Shown here: positions 48,609 through 58,629 of the stretch, one piece after another
How the letters are laid out: each line of letters begins with the position of its first letter
How positions within the stretch are numbered: the stretch's first letter is position 1
IMG/VR virus record: IMGVR_UViG_3300017589_000061
Coordinates: 1 to 64,000 of that record
DNA: 64,000 nt
From: a virus
Direction: 5' to 3' (one strand)
Notes under the pieces: generated by a model
Databases searched by the model: none
Told to the model about the DNA's origin: nothing
What the model saw: the letters and a program-made list of their open reading frames with translations, nothing else
Made by a program: the position numbers and the translations under genes

Positions 48609-49308
48609 TATTATATATCATACCAAACATATTAATTAACTATACTATTAAATTAAGTTAAAAGTAAATTGCATAAACATACAAATTATATTAAAAATAT
48701 AATGTCATAGAATGCGTTTAAACAAACGATAATAAACTAATCGACTTAATATATCATCTATTAAAATATACCTCGAAACGCCACAAAATGCAATATAAAC
48801 AAAGATATCAGAATCAATCAATTACTATTTATCGATAAACAATATATATTTATCGAATTACGATAAATAATCAATACTGGATCAAATGAAATGATGTAAT
48901 TAAGTTAAGATTGTATTAAAAGTAGTATTTTAATCATTACTAACTGTTACAATTGATTAACAATTACAAAATATATAGTAACCAATACACTACTATATTA
49001 TTACTAATAGCAATATATAACTATTAAACCATTACGAATAGAATAGATAAATTAAATTAAAATAAATGTTAAATCGATTGTAACATTTAAAAATTAATGT
49101 TAATTAATGGTAAAATATTAGGAAAACAAAGCAAATTTATATTTTAGGAAAACGTTTACTGAAAACGATATCTTGCATGAAATGACGCAAATAAGGCATT
49201 ATGCAAGGAAAATAGGAAAACGACTAAAATTATGCAAGTATTTATGCATGAAACAAAGCATAAACATTTTTTAACTATTACTTTATTGTAACATTAAATT
49301 AAAAAAGA

Positions 49309-49375
49309 TTGACATATCAACGAAAAATATGTTACATTTATTTCACTTGAGGAAAATAGGAAAATGTGGTATTCT
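49309..49375 (+). promoter_or_regulatory. Tandem sigmaA promoters at the start of the early region
   Basis: TTGACA-18-TACATT and TTGAGG-17-TATTCT, both with TG. Confidence 0.55.
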
Positions 49376-49480
49376 ATTATTAACAGAAGGGCAATAGTGC
49401 CTATAAATTATATTAAAAGGAGGGCAACAAGTGGAGGCTACCCATTCAAAGCGGTTATGATATAAAGATTTTCCTAAAAA

Positions 49481-49504
49481 TCTTTGAACATTGAAAACTG
49501 AATA
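49481..49504 (+). promoter_or_regulatory. rrn boxA-like element
   Basis: GAACATTGAAAACTGAATA resembles the Firmicute rRNA leader/spacer boxA region. Confidence 0.55.
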
Positions 49505-49695
49505 GTCGCAAATTGATTAATACTTGCAAGATAACTTGAAAATGACTTGCAATGATAACTAATAGCTCGATAGTGATAATAATAATGAGGCTATTAAGGA
49601 AAATCAATTTAAGGATTTAAGTCTTAAATAAGAGTATAAAATATTATAAGTTTATTTAAGATTTAAAAAAATTAGATTAAAGGAGATTAAAAAAA

Positions 49696-49932
49696 ATGGA
49701 AAACAATTTTAGAACTATGACTTATAAAGAATTAAAAGGATTAAACAATAATGCACATTATCCAGTATTAAAAGAACAAGAAGTCAATGAATTATTAAAT
49801 CATAAAAATGTTAGTGGTTTTAGCAAACGATTAGATACAGATTTTCAAGGTTATTACAAAATTAAAATTGCATTCAATGGTTACAAACAAAATTTAGAAA
49901 TTATCGTTTTTATGGAAAATGAAAATGAATGA
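49696..49932 (+). CDS. Early hypothetical protein
   Basis: AAGGAG RBS. Confidence 0.65.
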   Translation: MENNFRTMTYKELKGLNNNAHYPVLKEQEVNELLNHKNVSGFSKRLDTDFQGYYKIKIAFNGYKQNLEIIVFMENENE

Positions 49933-50954
49933 TGAAATGTTAAAAGATTTAATTCAAGATTTTCAAACGGCTATTGTAAATGAAGCAATAGCCGAAGCCG
50001 TTGAATTTAAAAATCAAATAATTGAAATTTTAGAAAATGAAATCAAACAAAATAAAATAAGCAAATAAAACATAAAATTTATTACCTTGAGGAGGGTAAA
50101 ATGGAAATATTGAAAAAAAATAAAGAAGATATAAAACAATTTTTAATTAATGTATCAAATGGATATGAAATTAATGATGAACAAGGAATGATGTTTTTAC
50201 AAATGGACAATAAAAGAATCTGTATTAGTGAAAAATTAAGAAGTTATTTATTAGATAATAAAATTATTGTATTAGAATAAAACAATTAATTTAATGGTTT
50301 TACCTGCTAATAAGTGATAATATTTATTAGCAGGATAAAGCTTTTAAAAGCTAAAATATTAAAAGGGGATTGAGAATATGAAAACAAAGCAAGAAATAAA
50401 AAAGGATTTATTTGCAACCTTAGCAGAACTACAAAGCAAAACGGCAGCGGGAGAATTAGAAAACTATTTAAGAATTAAATTACAAATATTATATGATATA
50501 CTGGAAGAAGAAATTGATGAGGAATACTGGGAACAAATAGAAAAGGAGTTATAAAAAATGAGTAAAGAAGAAAAACAGGAAATAAAAAAAGCTATTGATT
50601 TTTTAATTAATCAGCATAGTTATTTTTACGAATCTAAAATCGAAAATGAACAATTGATATTAAAAAATTTGGATACAAATGAACAATTTGAAATAACAAT
50701 TAAACAAATAAAAGGAAGTGAAAAATAATGTTAATGATTGAAAAAATGCAAATTGAAATTGAAAACTTAAAAGAATTAATGGAAGATCAAGAACTTGAAA
50801 ACGAATGTAAAATTAAAATTGCACTGGATAACATTAATCATATTTTAAATGATAGATAAAATTTTGAAGGTTTGGGATTGCTTACAAGGTTAAAAAATTT
50901 GTAAGCAAAGTTAAGCTTTTAAGGTTAAAAATTATATTAAAAGGAGTGTAAAAA

Positions 50955-51443
50955 ATGATTAATAGTAAAAATTTTAATTTTAGTTTTTTCATGAGTGACA
51001 GAAAAAAAGTTGATAGCTTGCAAACTGGAGCTATTGAAAATGGAGGAGCAACAAAGTTTGATGATGCAATTTATTCTAACATTGAAGGAAATAATTTTAT
51101 CGAATTAAAAGAAAACAATAATCAAATATCAATTTTTATACCATCTACAATAGATATAAATAATAAAATTGATAATCAATATTATATTAAAAAATCAATA
51201 AATTATTTAGAAAAATACTACAATATTACAAACAATCTAAAATATTATAAAACAATTGGATCATGGTTTAGTGACAGTTTGAATAAAGTCATAATTGAAG
51301 ATATAACAATAATTACATTGCAATTAATCGAATTAAATGAAAATGATATTAATATATTTATAACACTTGCAAACATGATAAAAAATGAAATGAATCAGGA
51401 AGCCGTTTCAATCACTATCAACGAATCACTTGCAATTATTTAA
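50955..51443 (+). CDS. DUF3574/PII-like fold protein
   Basis: IFIPST...GSW....IIED....IKNEMNQEAVSITIN. Confidence 0.5.
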   Translation: MINSKNFNFSFFMSDRKKVDSLQTGAIENGGATKFDDAIYSNIEGNNFIELKENNNQISIFIPSTIDINNKIDNQYYIKKSINYLEKYYNITNNLKYYKTIGSWFSDSLNKVIIEDITIITLQLIELNENDINIFITLANMIKNEMNQEAVSITINESLAII

Positions 51444-51687
51444 TAAATATAGTAATATGATAAAAAGGAGTGATTAATATTAAAAAAGGTTATATAATAC
51501 ATGAGACTACAAAGGAAAATTTTCAGCTATGCAAAATATTAAAAGAATACGATAATATTGAGGATGCCAAAAATGACTTAATAAAAATATTATCAAATAA
51601 CATAACAGAAAAAAAGTTATTGAAGGAAAATGATAATAAATAAAAATATTAAATATAAGAATAAATTAAAAAGGAAGGTAAATAAAA

Positions 51688-51963
51688 ATGGCACTAACAA
51701 ATAAGGAAATAATCATGACAGAAAAATTATTGCATAATATAGAATTAGACAAAATAGTTGATACATTTGCAGGATGGAATAAACAAGGTTATACAATCAA
51801 TAAAGGAAGTAAAGCATTATTTCAAACTAAAATATGGAAGCCAACACTATTAAAAAATAAAGATACAGAAACAAAAACTAAAAAAATAATTTTAGTAAAT
51901 GCAAGTTTTTTCTCACTGGATCAGGTTACAAAAATAGATAATAAAAATATAATAGCAAGTTGA
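51688..51963 (+). CDS. ArdC N-terminal-like ssDNA-binding protein
   Basis: TFAGWNKQGYTINKGSKA...IWKP...FFSLDQV. Confidence 0.6.
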   Translation: MALTNKEIIMTEKLLHNIELDKIVDTFAGWNKQGYTINKGSKALFQTKIWKPTLLKNKDTETKTKKIILVNASFFSLDQVTKIDNKNIIAS

Positions 51964-52255
51964 TAAAATTAGAATTTTAAAAGATTATATTAAAAGCATA
52001 CAGAGATATGCAAATATACTCTTTATAAATATATAAGAATGATTATATGTTTATAAAGCTTTTAAAATAAAAATAAAGGAGTAATAAAAATGAATGTAAA
52101 TAAAAATAGCATGATTGAATTATTGGAAAATGAACTGGAGGACTTTAAGAACTTGCAAGAAAAATATAAAAATGATATTGACGAATTCGCTTTTTATAAT
52201 GGATGTGTTAGCACTATAGAATATTTATTAATAAAAATAAAGGAGTAATAAAGCT

Positions 52256-52567
52256 ATGAATGAAAACTTATACAATCATAATCAAGTTATGGATGCTATT
52301 AACAAAATAAAAGATTTTAATGTTACTTGTACAAGAAAAATATATCATAAAACATTATGTTATGACTTTAAAAAAATAATTGAAAATGATTTAATGCCGA
52401 TTAATGACTGGTTATACAATGAGGATATGTTTGCATTTTATAACTATCATGAATTAGTTGAAAAATTATACGATATAACAACAAAAAAAGAAATGGACAC
52501 ATCACTAAATTATTTAAAAGTATCAATAATAAATGATTTATATAAAACATTAGAATTAGCAAGTTAA
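52256..52567 (+). CDS. Early hypothetical protein
   Basis: AAGGAG RBS. Confidence 0.6.
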   Translation: MNENLYNHNQVMDAINKIKDFNVTCTRKIYHKTLCYDFKKIIENDLMPINDWLYNEDMFAFYNYHELVEKLYDITTKKEMDTSLNYLKVSIINDLYKTLELAS

Positions 52568-52602
52568 TAAAAATAAAAATAAAAATAAGGAGTAATAAAA
52601 AA

Positions 52603-52836
52603 ATGATAGAAAATGGATTTGTTTATGCAATTGAGCAATACAGTAAAAAGCAAGACAAAATAAAAGCTAAAAATGATAAAAAATCCGATAAAATGCAAAT
52701 CATATATAAAAAATATAATAAGTCACTGGATCAATTAGATAAAAACGAATTATTAAAAAGTGAATATAAAATAGTAATTGATTATATTGAAAATGTATTA
52801 AAATATCCATTACGATGGTATGAAAATTTAATATAA
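52603..52836 (+). CDS. Early hypothetical protein
   Basis: AAGGAG RBS. Confidence 0.6.
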   Translation: MIENGFVYAIEQYSKKQDKIKAKNDKKSDKMQIIYKKYNKSLDQLDKNELLKSEYKIVIDYIENVLKYPLRWYENLI

Positions 52837-52946
52837 AAATAAATGCAAGGAGTTTATTCCTTGCTATATGGATATAAAAATATTAAAATAGTTTATATCC
52901 TGTATAGCTTGAAATAAGCAAAATAAAAATAATAGGAGTGAAGAAA

Positions 52947-53162
52947 ATGAATAAATTAAGTGAAGCTATTGAGCAAGTAAAACAAGATTGTATTGAAAAT
53001 GGGGAAGCAGAAATAAAAATAAACAATATAACTATATGTGCTGAATGGGTAAGATATACAGAAGATTTAGAAAATTTTGATACAATATTAATATCAATAT
53101 TCGAAAACAATAAACATAAATTCAATTATTTTTTAAACAATGAAATAAAAGTAATAGTATAA
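52947..53162 (+). CDS. Early hypothetical protein
   Basis: AGGAG RBS; start at MNKLS. Confidence 0.55.
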   Translation: MNKLSEAIEQVKQDCIENGEAEIKINNITICAEWVRYTEDLENFDTILISIFENNKHKFNYFLNNEIKVIV

Positions 53163-53225
53163 TAAATATCATGTTTTATGTACTGGGAAAATGTATTATA
53201 ATAAAAATATAAAAATAATAGGAGA

Positions 53226-53459
53226 ATGCAGAAAATGAAAAAATATAAATATCAATTGGATGTAGTGGAAACAATTTATGATGAACATTTTTGTTTGTTA
53301 TACAATATTTATAATGAAGCTGAAGAAAATGAAAATGGATTTAATACAATGTTATTAATTTGTGACATACCAAACAGAAAACAAATACAATTAAATGATA
53401 CAGAAGAAAATAGAAATTATTGCATGAATAGAATTGAAAAATATTTATTATGGGAATAA
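53226..53459 (+). CDS. Early hypothetical protein
   Basis: GGAG RBS. Confidence 0.55.
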   Translation: MQKMKKYKYQLDVVETIYDEHFCLLYNIYNEAEENENGFNTMLLICDIPNRKQIQLNDTEENRNYCMNRIEKYLLWE

Positions 53460-53501
53460 AACTTATATTTTATAAAAATAAAAATAATATGGAGAATCAA
53501 A

Positions 53502-53792
53502 ATGATAGTTAAAAATAATATAATAAATTTAAATAATATACTGGGAAATTTAAGCTTTGATTGTTATTACAATGTAAATTATAAAAATGGTAAAAGAAAG
53601 TATAAATATAATCAAAGTTATTCATTAAATGATGAAGCATTAAAATGTTTAGAATTGTTAAAAATAGCAAATAAAAACGATATAACAATTGATGAAGAAG
53701 AAGAAATAAAAGCTTTTTTATTAAGATATAAATTACTCAATGAAAGTTATTTACTGGATAATAAAGAATATATAAAATTAAAAGTAAGTTAA
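53502..53792 (+). CDS. Early hypothetical protein
   Basis: GGAG RBS. Confidence 0.6.
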   Translation: MIVKNNIINLNNILGNLSFDCYYNVNYKNGKRKYKYNQSYSLNDEALKCLELLKIANKNDITIDEEEEIKAFLLRYKLLNESYLLDNKEYIKLKVS

Positions 53793-54171
53793 ATAAAATT
53801 AGCATAGTTAATGCTATGCTACAAGCATATAAAAATATTTATGTGTTTGTAATTTAGCATAAATAAAAATATATTAAAAAGGAGTAACAATGGATAAAAA
53901 ATATAAAAATTACTATGAAAACATGATAAAAGAATACACAGAAAATAATAAAAACGGATGCAATAATGCAAAAATTGAATTTTATAAAAACAAATTAAAA
54001 GAATTAAAGGAAGGATCTGAAACAAATGATAAAAATATATAATAAAAATTGGAATATCAAAGTATTTGCTGAAAATGTATTCATATTGATATTTTGTATA
54101 ATGTTTATATATTGCTTTATTGGATATATAAAAATAATATCAACAAATATAAGATTATATTAAAAAAGTTA

Positions 54172-54200
54172 TTGCTAAAAATATAAAAATATGATATAAT
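54172..54200 (+). promoter_or_regulatory. SigmaA promoter
   Basis: TTGCTA-17-TATAAT with TG. Confidence 0.6.
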
Positions 54201-54582
54201 AAAAGAAAAAATAAAATTTGAGGAGGATTTAAAGATGTATAGTAAAGATCAAATAACCAAAACTTTAAGTTTTATACAAAATTATGCCAACAAAACGAAT
54301 CAGCAAGCAAAATTTAAACAAACAATAAATTTATTAAAAAAGGAGTTAGAAAAATGACATTAAGAGCCGTAAAAAAAGCATTAAAAAAACAAGATTACAA
54401 AAAGCATATATTAAATTATTGGAATGAATTTGATACAATTTATATCGAATTTGATGATGGACAGCAAATAAAATTAGACTTTGACTTAAATATAATTTAA
54501 TTATTTTGTATCGATTATTAATTTAATTATTTAATAATCGATATTAAGCAATTAAAATATAAAATAAAAGGAGCATATAATT

Positions 54583-54798
54583 ATGGATAGCAAAGAACAC
54601 ATAAAAAGATGTGAGGAATTATTAAAAGAAGCAGCAAGCAGAATAAATATGATAATTGAATTAAAAGAATACAAAGAAGGAAGAAAAGTTATAGGAATAG
54701 AAATATTATTAAAGAATGGAAAAGGTTTAATTTATAAAAATTATGACGATGTATCAGATATGTTGGGTTATATACATGGGTACGAATATAATTTATAA
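54583..54798 (+). CDS. Early hypothetical protein
   Basis: AAGGAG RBS. Confidence 0.6.
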   Translation: MDSKEHIKRCEELLKEAASRINMIIELKEYKEGRKVIGIEILLKNGKGLIYKNYDDVSDMLGYIHGYEYNL

Positions 54799-54951
54799 AT
54801 CATTCTTTTATATGTTATATATAATAGCTTTAAGGGCATTAAATAAGGTTTAAAGCATTGAAATTATCAAGATTGATGGCAAATAAAAATATAAAAATGT
54901 TTATAAGTTTGTAGAAAGCTTTTAAAAATAAAATAAAAAGGAAGTAGAAAA

Positions 54952-55218
54952 TTGAAAAATATAAAAAAGTGGTTAATAAATAATAATATTGAATTTGAAA
55001 TAGTTAATAATTATATTGTTATTTATAAAGAAAAAAATTGTTGTTGGATCAACGGATATAATGAAAAAATGTACTATGATAAAAAAATAAGCATATATCA
55101 AAATACATACAAAGAATATATAATAGGCGAAACAATAGGCTATAATTTAGGCGGTAAAATATATCAAAGTGGGAAACAAACAAATATAATTGAATTTTTA
55201 AATAAGAAATTAATATAA
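54952..55218 (+). CDS. Early hypothetical protein
   Basis: AGGAAG RBS with TTG start. Confidence 0.55.
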   Translation: MKNIKKWLINNNIEFEIVNNYIVIYKEKNCCWINGYNEKMYYDKKISIYQNTYKEYIIGETIGYNLGGKIYQSGKQTNIIEFLNKKLI

Positions 55219-55253
55219 AAATAATAAAAATATAAAATGGAGGTTTTAACACT

Positions 55254-55445
55254 ATGAAAAATTTATTAGCTAGTGCAGGAAACAAGGAAGATTTAGAAAA
55301 ATTAATAAATAAATTTTATTATTCAACTAATTACATAATAACAGAAGAAAACGAAATATATAATACAAAACTAAATAAAATAGCTGAAGGAACAAAAATA
55401 ATAGTTAAAAAAGGAAGATGGCGTTTTGAAATGATTGAAGAATAA
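55254..55445 (+). CDS. Early hypothetical protein
   Basis: GGAGG RBS; C-terminal KKGRWRFE. Confidence 0.6.
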   Translation: MKNLLASAGNKEDLEKLINKFYYSTNYIITEENEIYNTKLNKIAEGTKIIVKKGRWRFEMIEE

Positions 55446-55478
55446 AAGGTTAATTTTATAAAAATAGGAGGTCGCAAG

Positions 55479-56060
55479 ATGCTAAACAATGAACATATAG
55501 GAAAAATATTACTTGAATTATATAATTATGTAAAAGTTGAAAAAATAGGAATTGCAGGCGGAAAAGAATGGTATTTTATAAATGATAAATATCCCGAAGA
55601 AGTTACAAACGGACAATATCAACTTTGGGATCAAAACTGGATGGATAGAATTTTAAGTAAGCAAGAAGAATATAAAAATAAATTAGAATTACATAAAAAA
55701 GCATTAATTGAGGAAGAAAAAAGAGAAGCTGAAGAAGCAAGATATAAAGCAGAAAAAGAAGATTTATACGGCTTTGATGATGGAAAAAATCCAATGCAAA
55801 AAGGAAAAATATTAAAATGTTTAATGATTTATAACAATTATAGCATAGGTTTTATGACTAGAAAAGATTTTTTAATGATAAGATTAAAAAATGGTTTTAA
55901 ATTAGATTATAAACAGTTTACGAATTATAAAACAGATACAAAAAAATGGTGTTATGTATTAGGAAATGAAAATTGCTTTACTGAAATAACAAAAACAGAA
56001 TATGATTTTGCACAATATTTATTAAACAATAATTTAATTAAAGCCGAACAAATATCATAA
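55479..56060 (+). CDS. Early hypothetical protein
   Basis: AGGAGG RBS; EITKTEYDFAQYL motif. Confidence 0.65.
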   Translation: MLNNEHIGKILLELYNYVKVEKIGIAGGKEWYFINDKYPEEVTNGQYQLWDQNWMDRILSKQEEYKNKLELHKKALIEEEKREAEEARYKAEKEDLYGFDDGKNPMQKGKILKCLMIYNNYSIGFMTRKDFLMIRLKNGFKLDYKQFTNYKTDTKKWCYVLGNENCFTEITKTEYDFAQYLLNNNLIKAEQIS

Positions 56061-56178
56061 TAAAAATAAATTGATATTAAGCTGATACAGTGATATCAAA
56101 ATATCAATCTACAAGCCACAGAATGAGTTTTAAGCAAAGAAAATATAAAAACAATATAAAACTATGGAGGATGTAAAA

Positions 56179-56361
56179 ATGAATTATAAAAATGAATATG
56201 AAAAGAGTATGACAAAAATAATTGACGAATGCAAATATAAAACAAATAATATCCCAGTTGGTCAATGGGCATTATGGACAATTTATAGTAATTTAAATAA
56301 TGAAGATCAAAATAATTTTAATGGTCAATTTAATATAATATTAAATAATTTAACAGAATGA
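56179..56361 (+). CDS. Early hypothetical protein
   Basis: GGAGG RBS; start at MNYK. Confidence 0.55.
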   Translation: MNYKNEYEKSMTKIIDECKYKTNNIPVGQWALWTIYSNLNNEDQNNFNGQFNIILNNLTE

Positions 56362-56413
56362 TAAAATACAAAATTTATTTGATAGATTAAGTTAAAAAAA
56401 TAAATAAAATATG

Positions 56414-56442
56414 TTGACAAAGTAATAAAAATATGATAGTAT
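56414..56442 (+). promoter_or_regulatory. SigmaA promoter
   Basis: TTGACA-17-TAGTAT with TG. Confidence 0.65.
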
Positions 56443-56493
56443 GTAGATACTAAAAGAAATCAAATAAAAATATAAAAATAAGGAGAAATAAAA

Positions 56494-56895
56494 ATGACTA
56501 TGAATGAATTTGTAAAAAGAAATAATATTAGAATCAACGTTGAGTGGGCAGAAAGAAATCCAAGTATGGCTGATGATGCATGGAGTAGAACAGCTAATCA
56601 TTACAAAACTACATTAAAAAAAGATAATAAACAATTAACAGTATATTACAGCATGGGATCAGCATTAACTAACGAACCAACGGCTGAAGAAGTTTTAAAT
56701 AGTTTAGCACTTGACGGAAGTGTGTATTTAAATAATAACAGTTTTGAAGATTTTTGTTCAGAATTTGGATATGATGAGGACAGCAGAACAGCAGAAAAAA
56801 CATATAATACAATCATAAAACAAGCTAAAAAAACTGAAAAATTTTTAGGAGCGGAATTGTTTAATCAATTAACATATGATGTTGAGCAATTGTAA
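56494..56895 (+). CDS. Conserved phage early protein
   Basis: FEDFCSEFGYDEDSRTAEKTY motif. Confidence 0.7.
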   Translation: MTMNEFVKRNNIRINVEWAERNPSMADDAWSRTANHYKTTLKKDNKQLTVYYSMGSALTNEPTAEEVLNSLALDGSVYLNNNSFEDFCSEFGYDEDSRTAEKTYNTIIKQAKKTEKFLGAELFNQLTYDVEQL

Positions 56896-56902
56896 AAATA
56901 AA

Positions 56903-56966
56903 ATTTCCTTGATAAGTCTTTGAAAATTAAGACGAAATATCCCTTAATAAAAGGGGTATCGGAAAT
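56903..56966 (+). ncRNA. Type I hammerhead ribozyme (U3-A8 core variant)
   Basis: ATTTCC-TTGATAA-GTCTT/AAGAC-GAA-ATATCCCTT/AAGGGGTAT-C-GGAAAT; all three stems pair; AUC cleavage triplet ends at 56960. Confidence 0.85.
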
Positions 56967-56995
56967 AAAAATAAAATTATGGAGGATTTAAGAAT

Positions 56996-57295
56996 ATGAA
57001 AAAGACAATATCAAAATATGAGTTTATTGAAGAATTTAAAGAAATGAACAGAGAAAATAATTTTAGTTATGAAGGCAGAATAGCATTATTCGATTATTTA
57101 GAAAGATTAGAAGAAGATACAGGCGAAGAAATGGAATTAGATGTAATTGCTATATGTTGCGATTTTACAGAATATGAAAGCCTTGAAGAGTTTAATAATA
57201 CTTATGGTAAAGATTGTGAATCAATAGAAGATATAGAATATTATACAGCAGTCATTCCAGTTGACGATGAAAAATTTATAATACAAGATTTTTAA
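56996..57295 (+). CDS. Highly acidic conserved early protein (DNA-mimic candidate)
   Basis: FSYEGRIALFDYLE..E.D.GEEMELDVIAICCDF; D/E-rich. Confidence 0.7.
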   Translation: MKKTISKYEFIEEFKEMNRENNFSYEGRIALFDYLERLEEDTGEEMELDVIAICCDFTEYESLEEFNNTYGKDCESIEDIEYYTAVIPVDDEKFIIQDF

Positions 57296-57369
57296 ATAAA
57301 AACAATAATAAAAATATAGATTAAATTTTATACATGAGATATAAAAATCTATAACTAAAAGGTGATTAA

Positions 57370-57630
57370 ATGGAATTACAAAACATTATAAAAATAGCGG
57401 ATCAATATAATAATACCGATAAAGATATTATTAAAAATAATATAATCAATTATATCAATGAATCAGAATATAACAGGGACAGCCAAAAATTAGCTGATAA
57501 AATAGGGGTATCAATACAAACAGTATATTCATATAGAAAACAAGAACAGGGTAATATTCCCGACTTTGTGACAGCTTTAAAATTAGTAAATGAATTAAAT
57601 ATAAAAATAAATGATCTTATGGAGGATTAA
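57370..57630 (+). CDS. Cro/XRE HTH regulator
   Basis: QKLADKIGVSIQTVYSY....PDFVTALKL...LNIKINDL. Confidence 0.8.
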   Translation: MELQNIIKIADQYNNTDKDIIKNNIINYINESEYNRDSQKLADKIGVSIQTVYSYRKQEQGNIPDFVTALKLVNELNIKINDLMED

Positions 57631-57632
57631 AA

Positions 57633-57863
57633 ATGATAGCCATATTAAAAAAGGAATCAAGATATAAAAAATATGAAACGGTTGCATTAATAAAAGATGA
57701 TACAAATAATCAATTTATAGTTGCATATCATTTCAAAGAAGATGATAATTTCAAATCTTATGCAGACACACCAAATGATAATATATTTACATTTTTGGAT
57801 GACGAAACACAACTAGGGGCATTAAAACAAGCTATAAATAAATTTGAAACTATAAGAATATAA
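57633..57863 (+). CDS. Early hypothetical protein
   Basis: GGAGG RBS. Confidence 0.6.
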   Translation: MIAILKKESRYKKYETVALIKDDTNNQFIVAYHFKEDDNFKSYADTPNDNIFTFLDDETQLGALKQAINKFETIRI

Positions 57864-57931
57864 AAAAATGCATTAAAATTATACAGGGATATAAAATGCA
57901 TATTTTAATGGCTAAAATGTAAAAATAAGTG

Positions 57932-57960
57932 TTGAAATTTGAACGTTTTAAGAGTATAAT
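57932..57960 (+). promoter_or_regulatory. SigmaA promoter overlapped by an 18-bp palindrome
   Basis: TTGAAA-17-TATAAT. Confidence 0.65.
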
Positions 57961-57994
57961 AAAATTAAAAATATAAAAATAGGAGGATTTAAAA

Positions 57995-58270
57995 ATGACA
58001 AGATTTTATTTTGATGATGCAGATGATTACAAATTTGGCAACATGGGAAGATTAGAACACGAAGGAAAGATTTATGTATTAGAAGAAGGAGCAGATTTTA
58101 CAAGTAGACAAATAACAGAAAGATCACAGGATTACAATTTCTTTGAATTATCAGCACTTGCACACGATTTAAGTGGAAATAAATATAGTGTTTATTGGGT
58201 ATTCGAAGATGAAGGAAAAGAGTTAGACGAATATGACTACAGCGATATTGACAGAATAATAGAAATATAA
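57995..58270 (+). CDS. Small acidic early protein
   Basis: AGGAGG RBS; D/E-rich. Confidence 0.65.
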   Translation: MTRFYFDDADDYKFGNMGRLEHEGKIYVLEEGADFTSRQITERSQDYNFFELSALAHDLSGNKYSVYWVFEDEGKELDEYDYSDIDRIIEI

Positions 58271-58369
58271 AAATTAGAATAGCTTAAATGCTATTCTACC
58301 AGTAAATAAAAATAATTTGTCTATTGGTAAAATAGCATTTATAAAAATAAATTAAAAGGAGGAAATATT

Positions 58370-58552
58370 ATGTTTGCTATTATTAATAAAAATAAACAAT
58401 ATCTAACAAGAAGGGGAATTGATGCAGATTACACTTTTACAGACAATAATAATTTTGCTTATGTGTGGGGAACAATTAATGAAGCTGAAGCAGTAAGAAA
58501 TATATTGACAGATTATCAAGGAGTTAATGATCTTGAAATAGTAGCAATATAA
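58370..58552 (+). CDS. Early hypothetical protein
   Basis: AGGAGG RBS. Confidence 0.6.
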   Translation: MFAIINKNKQYLTRRGIDADYTFTDNNNFAYVWGTINEAEAVRNILTDYQGVNDLEIVAI

Positions 58553-58629
58553 CAACAGTACAGAGGTCATAGAATCGATTTTAAGCAACGAAATAAAAAT
58601 AATAATATGAATTTATGGAGGGTTTAAAA

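Noticed and set aside
53808-53830. TTAATGC...TACAAGC as a twister ribozyme
   Set aside because: Lacks the downstream GCAGAG-type pseudoknot partner and folds better as a simple long hairpin.
57995-58270. Assignment to a specific named anti-CRISPR family
   Set aside because: Only size and charge resemble Acrs; no family could be recognised without a search.
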